Of a DNA stretch of 64,000 nt, positions 8,217 through 16,159 are shown piece after piece; the first letter of the stretch is position 1, and every line of letters starts with the position of its first letter. Origin of the DNA: a virus. The stretch covers positions 1 to 64,000 of the IMG/VR virus record IMGVR_UViG_3300024999_000057; one strand, 5' to 3'. A model generated the notes under the pieces. The model was not told the DNA's origin. It was given only the letters and a program-made list of their open reading frames with translations, and did no database searches. A program made the position numbers and the translations under genes.

Positions 8217-8411
8217 GCCTTGGCTGCAATAATTGAGCAATAATTGAAATTTCCCGAGTGTTCCCTATATCGGTTAAGTGGCTGGATTTGGTACTTTTCT
8301 TAGCTGAGTTAAGTAGTTATCAATTCAGACGTGATTTTAAAAGGATGTGATTTAAGGAAGTCTTTGTAAATCTGTTGGTTAGAGGATTTGAGGCATTTCT
8401 GTTGATAAACC

Positions 8412-8441
8412 AAAGGCCCTCTTGAATCAAGAGGGCCTTTT
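8412..8441. terminator. Bidirectional terminator-like hairpin
   Basis: AAAGGCCCTCTTGA-A-TCAAGAGGGCCTTTT. Confidence 0.8.
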
Positions 8442-8494
8442 GATAACTGATTGATGTTATTACCTAATTTGGCTTTAACAAATAATTCATTTGT

Positions 8495-8533
8495 GAATCA
8501 GAATCCGTTGCCTTACCGCTTGGCGACACCCCT
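8495..8533 (-). tRNA. 5' half fragment of tRNA-Gln(CTG), attP core; not a complete gene
   Basis: Minus strand AGGGGTGTCGCCAAGCGGTAAGGCAACGGATTCTGATTC: acceptor 5' strand, D arm, anticodon loop TT-CTG-AT; similarity stops just after the loop. Confidence 0.9.
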
Positions 8534-8609
8534 ATTTCAACTACTTACGCCGTTTATTTTTCCTTAGCAATGGTCTTGCAATAATTGAATCCGAATTGCT
8601 GCCTAACAA

Positions 8610-8654
8610 AAAATGCCCTGCCTTGCTTCGGTGAGTCGCAAGATAGGGCATTTT
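8610..8654. terminator. Terminator-like hairpin downstream of xis
   Basis: AAAATGCCCT...AGGGCATTTT with internal stem. Confidence 0.65.
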
Positions 8655-8659
8655 GAAAT

Positions 8660-9004
8660 TCATGTCAATATTCTTTTTCGTCTTTTTTTAGGCACAGGGT
8701 CTTGCCTGGATGCCGGGTGAAGTGACTTCAATTCATCCAGGAGGATCACAGGATCAAGCTGCCATCTTCCCCTCGGACCTGTCTTCCAGCCAGTAAGTTC
8801 GCCAAGTTCCAGCTTTCCCTTCAACCAGCGGTCGGACTTGCTTATTTTTAGAGAGGCTTGCTTTAGGCCAATCAGCAGGGGCTCTGGCTTGTTAGGGCTG
8901 AGGGCTTCGATGGCCGCTTGTAGAATTTTTAATGTCGCTGCGTGTACCTCGGCTTGGGCCTGAAGGAGCCCGAGGAGCGCTGCTGGGTCTGCCTGGATCT
9001 GCAC
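8660..9004 (-). CDS. Excisionase-like winged HTH protein
   Basis: LIGLKQASLKISKSDRWLKGKLELGELTGWK..RGRWQL; next to attP; GTG 9004 with GGAGG (start uncertain). Confidence 0.7.
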   Translation of the reverse strand: MQIQADPAALLGLLQAQAEVHAATLKILQAAIEALSPNKPEPLLIGLKQASLKISKSDRWLKGKLELGELTGWKTGPRGRWQLDPVILLDELKSLHPASRQDPVPKKRRKRILT

Positions 9005-9064
9005 TGGAAATGCCCTCCTGCAATAGTCTTGCAATTATTGAACTGGATTTTTAAACGATTACAG

Positions 9065-9217
9065 TTACTTCCAAGGCCACTTGAAGATCGGAGTCGAGTA
9101 GTTCTCCCTGAAAAACTTCCACGAGGCAAAGTGCGACCGACAGCAGAAGTCCAACTGGTACTTCTTGGAGTAGATCCCCTTGTGGTTGAACTGTGAGTGG
9201 CACCAGGCGCAGATCAT
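9065..9217 (-). CDS. Small TRASH-like Zn-binding protein (50 aa, not in ORF track)
   Basis: MICAWCHSQF...DFCCRSH; RBS AGGAG. Confidence 0.65.
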   Translation of the reverse strand: MICAWCHSQFNHKGIYSKKYQLDFCCRSHFASWKFFRENYSTPIFKWPWK

Positions 9218-9238
9218 TTCTAGTCTCCTGAGCTGATC

Positions 9239-9412
9239 CTACTCCTCGCCTTCGTAAGTAACAAGTTGGAAGCACCTGCGTGGATTCTTGATGCAGGCCA
9301 CTTCAGGCGATTCGGTTGAGCACTCGGAGTGCGACTTGCAGTAGAAGCAGCACGTTTTATTTTCCATGAATGGGTCGAAGGGACAGCACGAGGATTTGCA
9401 ACTTGCGATCAT
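9239..9412 (-). CDS. Small Cys-rich protein (57 aa, not in ORF track)
   Basis: MIASCKSSCCPF..CCFYC..C..C..C; ATGA overlap with upstream gene. Confidence 0.6.
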   Translation of the reverse strand: MIASCKSSCCPFDPFMENKTCCFYCKSHSECSTESPEVACIKNPRRCFQLVTYEGEE

Positions 9413-9591
9413 TCCCCACCTCCGTACAAATCTTTAGCCCACCCAGAGCCCTTCAGGATAAAAGTTGGTGAAGAGACGGCGCGGTGCATGAAATTACCAC
9501 AGGCGCACATTTGAAATCCCACGAAGCCGTAGGCTTCTCGGACCTCCCTTGTTTTACTGCATTTGCTACATTTGTACTCGTACAGAGGCAT
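9409..9591 (-). CDS. FmdB-family zinc-ribbon regulatory protein
   Basis: MPLYEYKCSKC...CACG...FILKGSGWAKDLY. Confidence 0.88.
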   Translation of the reverse strand: MPLYEYKCSKCSKTREVREAYGFVGFQMCACGNFMHRAVSSPTFILKGSGWAKDLYGGGE

Positions 9592-9674
9592 TTTGGTAAA
9601 TCTCCTATTCGGATATGAATTGTTCGGGTAAACGAAAGGCCCCGCTAAAGCCCTCGATACACCCTTTGATGAGG

Positions 9675-9703
9675 ATGTTACCTCAGGTCAGGCTCGGTGT
9701 CAA
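9675..9703 (-). promoter_or_regulatory. Leftward sigma70 promoter of the xis operon
   Basis: Minus strand TTGACA-N17-TAACAT. Confidence 0.75.
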
Positions 9704-9709
9704 GAAATA

Positions 9710-9723
9710 ATTCACATGTGAAT
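9710..9723. promoter_or_regulatory. Perfect palindromic operator between divergent promoters
   Basis: ATTCACATGTGAAT. Confidence 0.8.
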
Positions 9724-9732
9724 AAAAAACGC

Positions 9733-9760
9733 TTGACTTTTAATGAGAGTGTGGTATAAT
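9733..9760 (+). promoter_or_regulatory. Rightward sigma70 promoter (extended -10)
   Basis: TTGACT-N16-TATAAT with TG extension. Confidence 0.8.
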
Positions 9761-9821
9761 TAAATTATTAATGAGGGAGAAGTATGCCCTCAACAATTCA
9801 GATGTGAATGGGAGAAGAGAA

Positions 9822-10205
9822 ATGGTTAAAACGATTGGCCTGGACAAACTGAGGAAGGACAACAGCAACTTGTGGCGCATAGAGGGGGTGGGCCGCACAC
9901 TGATGGAGGAGTTGAAGAAGGTGAAGTTTAAAAAAGTCAAACCTAACCACATTGATGATCTGAGAAATTGGGTGGCAGTAACAGGGTACGGTGAGACGAA
10001 CCCTTACACAGAACTGGACAAGAAACTAGATTTGGAAAAGTTTGCAGACTCCCTTCCTGAGGAGTACCAGGAAATTTTCAATCTCTTCCTGGAGAATCTG
10101 ACTGTGCCTGAAATAAGTGTCGAATTGGGCATCCCGAAGCCTACGCTGTACTCGAAGCTGCGGTTCATAAATCAGTTGTACAAGGAATTTTACCTGGAGG
10201 AATAA
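9822..10205 (+). CDS. Sigma70 region-4-like HTH protein, candidate late transcription activator
   Basis: SLPEEYQEIFNLFLENLTVPEISVELGIPKPTLYSKL; heads the packaging operon; start 9822 or 9771. Confidence 0.75.
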   Translation: MVKTIGLDKLRKDNSNLWRIEGVGRTLMEELKKVKFKKVKPNHIDDLRNWVAVTGYGETNPYTELDKKLDLEKFADSLPEEYQEIFNLFLENLTVPEISVELGIPKPTLYSKLRFINQLYKEFYLEE

Positions 10206-10726
10206 TGGAAGATCCAATAATTGGAACCAAATCAATTGTACCAAAAGACGCTGACGCTTTTGAACTAGCGGATTTCGAAACACCGCTTTCAACTTCAGCA
10301 GTACCTAATGTCATGTGGAGCATCGAGAAGCACAAAGTAGCTCAGATGATGGCTTTGTCAGGGTTATCCAAAGCTCAGATCAGCAGAGAAACCAAGGTTC
10401 CTATAGGAGCCATCAAGAAGTGGCAGGAAAGCTCGGAGTTCCGTGACTACGTAAACCAGTTGGTCCTCGAATCAGCAAATCTTATGAAGGCTACCCGCCT
10501 GCAGATCCTGACCAAAATCCTGAATGCCAGAATTGATGAAGCAGAAAAAACTGACGACTACGCTCGCCTCTCCAAAGCCGACACGGTGGACATCATCAAC
10601 GCGATCCGGAAAGAGACGGTCGAGGATGAGGAGAAGAAGGAGTCCAAGTATGTTCAGATCCTGGAGAAGATGGTGGAATTGACCCACCAGCCCAGGGTGG
10701 TATCTCTGCCTAACCAGCAAAATTGA
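10205..10726 (+). CDS. Putative terminase small subunit
   Basis: N-terminal HTH (GLSKAQISRETKV...IKKW), helical oligomerisation region, upstream of TerL. Confidence 0.65.
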   Translation: MEDPIIGTKSIVPKDADAFELADFETPLSTSAVPNVMWSIEKHKVAQMMALSGLSKAQISRETKVPIGAIKKWQESSEFRDYVNQLVLESANLMKATRLQILTKILNARIDEAEKTDDYARLSKADTVDIINAIRKETVEDEEKKESKYVQILEKMVELTHQPRVVSLPNQQN

Positions 10727-10753
10727 TACGTTTGGTATTTTTTTGGCCCTATA
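10721..10753 (+). promoter_or_regulatory. Candidate phage late promoter copy 1
   Basis: AATTGATAC-N18-CCTATA, shared with 15241 and 28032. Confidence 0.65.
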
Positions 10754-10797
10754 AAGATATTGAGAACAAAATTCAATATCTTTTATGGGGTCCTTAA

Positions 10798-11199
10798 ATG
10801 AATGCTTTTTTAGCCAAGATATTCGGCAACAGGCCTGGCGTCATTTTCAGGCTTTACATGGCAGCGGTGCTTTTTCAGTTTTCACTCCTAAGTTTCGCCT
10901 CAGTCGATTTGGCGGCAACGAATGATCTCTGCTTTGGTGCTTTCAACATGGTGCTGGATATCTCCTTCTGGCTCGGCGTGTTTTCATCGCTGGGCGCCTG
11001 TAGCTTGGCTTTTAGAAGCAAATACGTGAACTGGCCGCTAGGCATCCTACTCAGTGAATCAGCCGCAGTCCTCGCCTTCATCACCCTCAGCTATGACTAC
11101 TTGACCCGCAAGCCTCCGATCATCGCAGGTAGCGTTCTCTCCATAACCGCCGCTATTTTCCTGATTGGAGGCCTTATCTATGAGCGAAGAAATCCTTAA
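10798..11199 (+). CDS. Four-TM membrane protein (holin-like?)
   Basis: Four hydrophobic segments. Confidence 0.65.
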   Translation: MNAFLAKIFGNRPGVIFRLYMAAVLFQFSLLSFASVDLAATNDLCFGAFNMVLDISFWLGVFSSLGACSLAFRSKYVNWPLGILLSESAAVLAFITLSYDYLTRKPPIIAGSVLSITAAIFLIGGLIYERRNP

Positions 11200-11419
11200 T
11201 TACAAAATCGAGCAGCTTGTAGAGCGAGTAGAAAAGTTGGAGGAGCACCACGAAAGGTGTGCTCAGCCGGAAGAAGGAACTCTGGCTTTGATGAAGACTA
11301 GCTTGAAGGAGGACATAGGTAAGGTGGAGTCGAAGTTTAATTGGCTCATCACCTTGATTCTCACAACTGTGCTGGGTGCTTTAGTGACCATCTTTTTAAG
11401 TAAGATGGGGTTTAATTGA
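11180..11419 (+). CDS. Coiled-coil plus C-terminal TM protein (XhlA/holin-associated type)
   Basis: VERVEKLEE...FNWLITLILTTVLGALVTIFL; RBS GGAGG. Confidence 0.7.
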   Translation: MSEEILNYKIEQLVERVEKLEEHHERCAQPEEGTLALMKTSLKEDIGKVESKFNWLITLILTTVLGALVTIFLSKMGFN

Positions 11420-12216
11420 TGATTGAGAAAACTTGTAGGACTTGTGGACATGTAGGGCCGGTGGAGGAGTTTATAAAGGGGTTGAATTGGTGCAAGAAAT
11501 GTAAAGCAGAATACTCCAAAACTTGGAAAAAGGCAGGAGGCAGTAACACAGAGATCAGGACGTGTAATTCGTGTGGTAAGACTGCCTCAGTAACTGAGTT
11601 TATCAATCACAGAAATACTTGCAAAATATGTGATAACAAACGCAACAATGAACGCAGGTACAGCGAAGATCCAAATAAAATAAAAATTTGTACAAAGTGC
11701 AACTATGAAGGTAAGGCCTCTGAATTTGAGCCCGGCAGGAATAGATGCAAGAAGTGCCTAAGTGACTACGGCAAAGTAGTCACCCCAAAGTGGAGGGCTA
11801 ATAATGCAGAACATGTTATGGCCTACGGTATCAGATACTACGAACAGAACAAAACAAGGCTGAGTGTTCAGAAGAAAAAGTGGGTCAAACTGAATATCGT
11901 TAAAGTGTATGCAAGCAACCGTAACAGGATAGCCCACCTTAAATCAGTACCAGGTCAGCACAGTGCGGAAGACATAGTATCTCTGCACACCCAGCAATTA
12001 GGTCTCTGCACTTATTGTAGGACGGAATTAGGTACTAACTACCACGTAGATCATATCATCCCCTTGAGTAGAGAAGGTTCGTCTAACTGGCCTTCCAATC
12101 TTCAGCTTTTATGCCCTCAATGTAATTGTTCTAAACACGACAAAAATCACGAGGAGTACTTAGAATACAGACGGTACAGAGGCCTCCCTGTGTTTGACAA
12201 TCAGGAGGCTGCATAA
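11419..12216 (+). CDS. HNH homing endonuclease with repeated Zn-finger N-domains
   Basis: CTYC..HVDHIIPLSREGSSNWPSNLQLLCPQCNCSK; three CxxC...CxxC repeats; AT-rich. Confidence 0.92.
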   Translation: MIEKTCRTCGHVGPVEEFIKGLNWCKKCKAEYSKTWKKAGGSNTEIRTCNSCGKTASVTEFINHRNTCKICDNKRNNERRYSEDPNKIKICTKCNYEGKASEFEPGRNRCKKCLSDYGKVVTPKWRANNAEHVMAYGIRYYEQNKTRLSVQKKKWVKLNIVKVYASNRNRIAHLKSVPGQHSAEDIVSLHTQQLGLCTYCRTELGTNYHVDHIIPLSREGSSNWPSNLQLLCPQCNCSKHDKNHEEYLEYRRYRGLPVFDNQEAA

Positions 12217-13817
12217 TGGAACTAAGAGCTAGACGCGGAGCCGGAAGGATCACCAAGAAGAAACCAGAGGTTGTGGAGTACTTCAGGTTCAAGGGCAGGC
12301 TAACCACCCCTGCCTTCATCGAAGTCTTGAACGACGCCGGAATACAGTTTGAACCGCATGACGGGCAGTGGCAGATAATTGATGCCTACGAAGAAAGGAT
12401 TCCGGCATCGGAATCTGTAATACAAATGGCACTTGAAAACGGCATCAATCTCGACTTTGAATATAAATATCGTGTAATTTCAGCTATTTGCGGTCGTCGT
12501 ATGGGCAAGAGCGTGATCGCGTCTGTACTTGGCGCTCAAGAAATGTTGGTGCCCAACGCCAGAGTTTTGATTGTTTCCTACACTTTTTCCAACTGCCAGG
12601 TCATCTACGACAACGTTAGAAAAATCATAGTAGATCTGCTCGGCAAGGACGAAATTGTAGCCGACAGACAGCAAGCAATGGAGTTGATCTTAAAAAATGG
12701 AGCCGAACTTAGGGTGGGCTCCAACGACTCTATCGACAGCCTTCTCGGAAAAGCTGTGTCATTACTGATAGTTGACGAGGCGAAGGTTTTCAAGGAGCAA
12801 ATTCTGGTCCGTGGGCTATTACCCATGCTACTCGACTACGCGCCCTTCAGTAGAACGGTCTTGATTTCTTCTCCAGAAAATAACTGGATAGAAGGCTGGT
12901 ACAAAAGAGGCCAGTCCGACGAGTATCCTCGGTACTGGTCCATCAACCTTCCGACCCACGCGAACCCCACAATTCCCCGAGAAGAACTTGACCAGATGAA
13001 GAAGGACCTCCCGCCTGAAATTTACGAACAAGAGGTTCTCGGGCTCTTCACCTCCAACGCAGGCCTAGTTTGCCGTGAGTTCACCAAGGAAAGAAACGTC
13101 TACAGGCCCGAAGATTACCCGTTCCTCTACGAGTGGCTTCATTCGGGAAATGTCATCATCAACATGATCGACTCAGGATATTCGCACTACTTTGCGTCGG
13201 TCTGGGTCATGTATGTCGAGGAGTTGGACACCTACTTCGCCTTCGCTGAGTATGCCAAGAATAAGACCCTGACTTCCGAACATGCCAGATACATCAACGA
13301 GTTCGAGGCCGAGAACGACATCCAGGTTGACATCCGGTTTGCCGACCCCGCCGCCAGTCAACAGTTAGCGGACTTCACGGAGTATGACCTCTACTTCAAC
13401 AAGGCTGCGAAGGTATTAAGAGAAACCATCAATAATCTCAATACTCTTTTCTTCCAGACTAGCGAGATCACAGGCAAGCCTCGGCTCCTAGTGAGTACTG
13501 AATGCCCCGAACTGATCAGGCAACTTTCCTCGGTCATCTGGAAAACTGGCAAAGACGACGAGCAGACCAAAGAACAGTCAGCTCAAGGCACCAAGCCGTT
13601 CACTCCAGACAAGGAAGGTCCTGTAGGAGGCGGAAACAAGACTGACTGGGACCTCTTCGACGCCTTTCGTTATGGCCTCTTTTCATTCATCAAAAATAAC
13701 CGGGTTGACGCAACGGTAATCACAACTGAAACCGGGAACCAACGAGACGCCTCCGAAGATGAATTCGACGAGATGCTATACTCACGGGGATGGTTCAGGT
13801 TCAGTGACTCCGTTTAA
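12216..13817 (+). CDS. terL: Terminase large subunit
   Basis: Walker A GRRMGKS, Walker B LLIVDEA, nuclease IDSG / ADPA / DLFDAFRY. Confidence 0.95.
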   Translation: MELRARRGAGRITKKKPEVVEYFRFKGRLTTPAFIEVLNDAGIQFEPHDGQWQIIDAYEERIPASESVIQMALENGINLDFEYKYRVISAICGRRMGKSVIASVLGAQEMLVPNARVLIVSYTFSNCQVIYDNVRKIIVDLLGKDEIVADRQQAMELILKNGAELRVGSNDSIDSLLGKAVSLLIVDEAKVFKEQILVRGLLPMLLDYAPFSRTVLISSPENNWIEGWYKRGQSDEYPRYWSINLPTHANPTIPREELDQMKKDLPPEIYEQEVLGLFTSNAGLVCREFTKERNVYRPEDYPFLYEWLHSGNVIINMIDSGYSHYFASVWVMYVEELDTYFAFAEYAKNKTLTSEHARYINEFEAENDIQVDIRFADPAASQQLADFTEYDLYFNKAAKVLRETINNLNTLFFQTSEITGKPRLLVSTECPELIRQLSSVIWKTGKDDEQTKEQSAQGTKPFTPDKEGPVGGGNKTDWDLFDAFRYGLFSFIKNNRVDATVITTETGNQRDASEDEFDEMLYSRGWFRFSDSV

Positions 13818-13834
13818 ACCCAAAAGGACACCAA

Positions 13835-15211
13835 ATGGGATGGTTCTTCAAAGAGAGAGCACATCAGCCTAGCGTGGCTGTGTACTCGACTCCTCCACGA
13901 CGCACGATTGACTACTCAGGCAAAGAAAACCCTGCCGACAAAATTACTTACACAGGCATAGGCCAAACCAAGTACGCCAGTGGATTACCTCCTTCCATCT
14001 TCGACAACCCGATCACAGCGGTTCGCTCTTATCCGGTAGTCTACTCGGTCATTTCAGCAATTTCCGACGCCATAGCTGGGTTGAACATCAAGGTCTATCA
14101 GCTTAAAGGTGGGCAGCGAACCGAGGCAATGGACCACCCCTTCTACAAAGTTTTCTCGAACCCTAATCCTTACCAAGGGAGTTTCGAGTTCCTCGAAGAA
14201 CTTGAGCAGGGGCTGGACACCTGTGGGAACGTCTACATCCTGAAGGAACCTGGACCTAACGGGGTCGAACTTTACATCCTCAATCCGAAGTACGTAGCGA
14301 TCCTTCCCGATCCTACTATTAAGGTCAAGGCCTACCGCTACTACATCAATGGTCAGTCTATGGATTTCCCCCCGGAGTCTGTCATCCACATCAAGTACAA
14401 CGACGTGGACGATCCGTACTACGGGATGCCTCCTCTGGCTACTGCGACCGACGTAATCACTTTTGAGAAGAACCGCATCGCGTTTGCCAATCAATATTTT
14501 GTGAACGGCGCAATTCCGGTTGGGGTCCTTGAGACCGAGCAGGTTCTCGGTGAGACTCTCCTGAAGAAACTCAGGAAGGAATGGAGTGGGATTCATCAAG
14601 GAGTGAGTAACGCCCACAAAGTGGGGATTCTTCAAGGCGGGTTGAAGTACCGCGCAGTGTCCTCCCCAATCAAGGATCTGGATTTCCCTGGTTTGAAGAA
14701 GATGTCCCGCGAAGACATTTTGGCGATCTTCAAAGTGCCTGAGTCCATTCTTGGTAATCAGGAAGGTACGGGTGCTAAAGAAGGCAAGGACGCAGTGGTC
14801 GCCTTCTGGCGCCAGTGCATTATCCCTAGGCTTCGTAGGATCGAAAGCGGTCTGAATCGCGGCCTCCAGATCGAGATGTTTGGGCAGGGCACGTTCGTCT
14901 TTGAGTTCAACCTGAAAGATGTCGTAGCTTTGCAGGACGACAGAGAATCATTGAGCAAATACCTCCAGACTCTGGTAGGTAGCTCGATTATGACCGCCAA
15001 TGAAGCCCGCGCCGTCATAGGCCTGCCTTTAAGTAAGGACCCCACCGCAGACGTTCTGATGGTCAACAACAGCCAATTCGGGAACGCTCTAATGCCGGTT
15101 GGAGACGTAGGAAATCAAGGCGCAGGCTCCAACGACAAGAAGCCTGGAGCAAAGCCGGGAGGGACTAAGCCTGTGAACGGAGAGAAGCCTAAGGCTAAAC
15201 CTGCGGCTTAA
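13835..15211 (+). CDS. Portal protein (HK97 family)
   Basis: NPNPYQ, GNVY, YGMPP, FVNGAIPVGVL, IFKVP, MTANEAR. Confidence 0.95.
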   Translation: MGWFFKERAHQPSVAVYSTPPRRTIDYSGKENPADKITYTGIGQTKYASGLPPSIFDNPITAVRSYPVVYSVISAISDAIAGLNIKVYQLKGGQRTEAMDHPFYKVFSNPNPYQGSFEFLEELEQGLDTCGNVYILKEPGPNGVELYILNPKYVAILPDPTIKVKAYRYYINGQSMDFPPESVIHIKYNDVDDPYYGMPPLATATDVITFEKNRIAFANQYFVNGAIPVGVLETEQVLGETLLKKLRKEWSGIHQGVSNAHKVGILQGGLKYRAVSSPIKDLDFPGLKKMSREDILAIFKVPESILGNQEGTGAKEGKDAVVAFWRQCIIPRLRRIESGLNRGLQIEMFGQGTFVFEFNLKDVVALQDDRESLSKYLQTLVGSSIMTANEARAVIGLPLSKDPTADVLMVNNSQFGNALMPVGDVGNQGAGSNDKKPGAKPGGTKPVNGEKPKAKPAA

Positions 15212-15240
15212 AGTATTCATATGTGAATTAAAAATTAGAA

Positions 15241-15274
15241 AATTGATACAAAAATGGCAAAAAACATACCTATA
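15241..15274 (+). promoter_or_regulatory. Candidate phage late promoter copy 2
   Basis: AATTGATAC-N19-CCTATA upstream of head genes. Confidence 0.65.
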
Positions 15275-15299
15275 CATAAGATGAGGCATAAGGAGAATT

Positions 15300-15389
15300 A
15301 TGGAAAATAAAACGTTCAACCTCTTGACCAAATTCGAGGTCAAAGCAGCGGCATCCCCTCCTCACGATCCCGACACTGGGGGTGCTTGA
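15300..15389 (+). pseudogene. 29-aa duplicate of the prohead protease N-terminus, coupled to HNH gene
   Basis: MENKTFNLLTKFEVKAAASPPHDPDTGGA* vs MENKNFNLLTRFEVKAATDPPHDPATCDTG at 16159; RBS AAGGAG; TGA overlaps TTG 15386. Confidence 0.88.
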
Positions 15390-16159
15390 GTTTGGTTGAC
15401 TTAAATGCCTTAACACGCGTGTGCAGTGAATGTGGCATAACAAAACCTAAAAGCGATTTTTACACCACCCGAAAAACTCATAAATGCAAAGAGTGCATTA
15501 AATTGACCACCCGAACCACCTGCAAGCATTGTGGAAAGCCAATAACAGGAGCGGGGCGGGAATTTTGTAGTAGGAGTTGTAAGGGCATTTTCCAGCATGG
15601 AGTCTCCAGGACTGCGGTTACTTGTAATTATTGTGGCATTACTTTTTACAAAAAGAATTCACATGCGAATAGATGCGAGACCCATTACTGCTCTAGAAAA
15701 TGTATGGACGACAATTACAAAGAGGTGGGTCGGATAGACAAGATATGCGAATCCTGTGGGAAGGCATACTCACCACCCGCCTACAGAAGTTCCAGTAGGT
15801 TTTGCTCAAAAGGATGTGAGTATGTGTGGAGGTCCACGTTGACAGGAGAAAAATCATCCTTTTGGAAAGGAGGAGTAACTTCTGAACTGGAGTTAGCCCG
15901 CACAACTAAAGAGTTGGCTCAGTGGAAAATTGATGTGTTCACGCGCGATGATTATACGTGTCAACACTGTGGGATAAGAGGAGGCAAACTTAACGCCCAC
16001 CACATAAAACGATTTAGGGATTTTCCTGATCTACGCACCGAGTTGTCCAACGGAATTACCCTTTGTGTTGATTGCCACAAAGTGGAAACTGCCAAGGAGC
16101 TTTCATCAGATTACCCTGCTAAAAAAGAAAAATTTAATCGCTGGAAGAAGGAGTCCTGA
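15386..16159 (+). CDS. HNH homing endonuclease with Zn-finger repeats
   Basis: RDDYTCQHCG...LNAHHIK...NGITLCVDCH; FCSxxC repeats. Confidence 0.92.
   Translation: MSLVDLNALTRVCSECGITKPKSDFYTTRKTHKCKECIKLTTRTTCKHCGKPITGAGREFCSRSCKGIFQHGVSRTAVTCNYCGITFYKKNSHANRCETHYCSRKCMDDNYKEVGRIDKICESCGKAYSPPAYRSSSRFCSKGCEYVWRSTLTGEKSSFWKGGVTSELELARTTKELAQWKIDVFTRDDYTCQHCGIRGGKLNAHHIKRFRDFPDLRTELSNGITLCVDCHKVETAKELSSDYPAKKEKFNRWKKES

Larger units (their letters stand above)
8226..8588. other. attP region with arm-type repeats and IHF-like sites
   Basis: AT-rich non-coding; GCAATAATTGA at 8226, 8237, 8578; IHF-like ATCAA-N4-TTA on minus strand near 8444-8456; tRNA-homologous core. Confidence 0.8.

Noticed and set aside
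8167-8229. Integrase N-terminal extension in the ORF track
   Set aside because: The region contains the promoter and RBS; ATG 8166 is the better start.
8495-8533. Functional phage tRNA-Gln gene
   Set aside because: No 3' anticodon stem completion, T arm or acceptor 3' strand on the same strand; the T arm at 6868 is on the opposite strand and does not pair with it.
9710-9723. 14-bp motif as a host CRP/FNR/Rex site
   Set aside because: Half-site order and spacing differ (CRP TGTGA-N6-TCACA, Rex TTGTGAA-N4-TTCACAA, FNR TTGAT-N4-ATCAA); a host factor of another family is not excluded.
15386-16159. Group I intron or intein around the HNH genes
   Set aside because: HNH ORFs abut neighbours with overlapping stops and starts, leaving no room for a ribozyme core; no intein C/S...HN motifs seen in TerL or NrdD.
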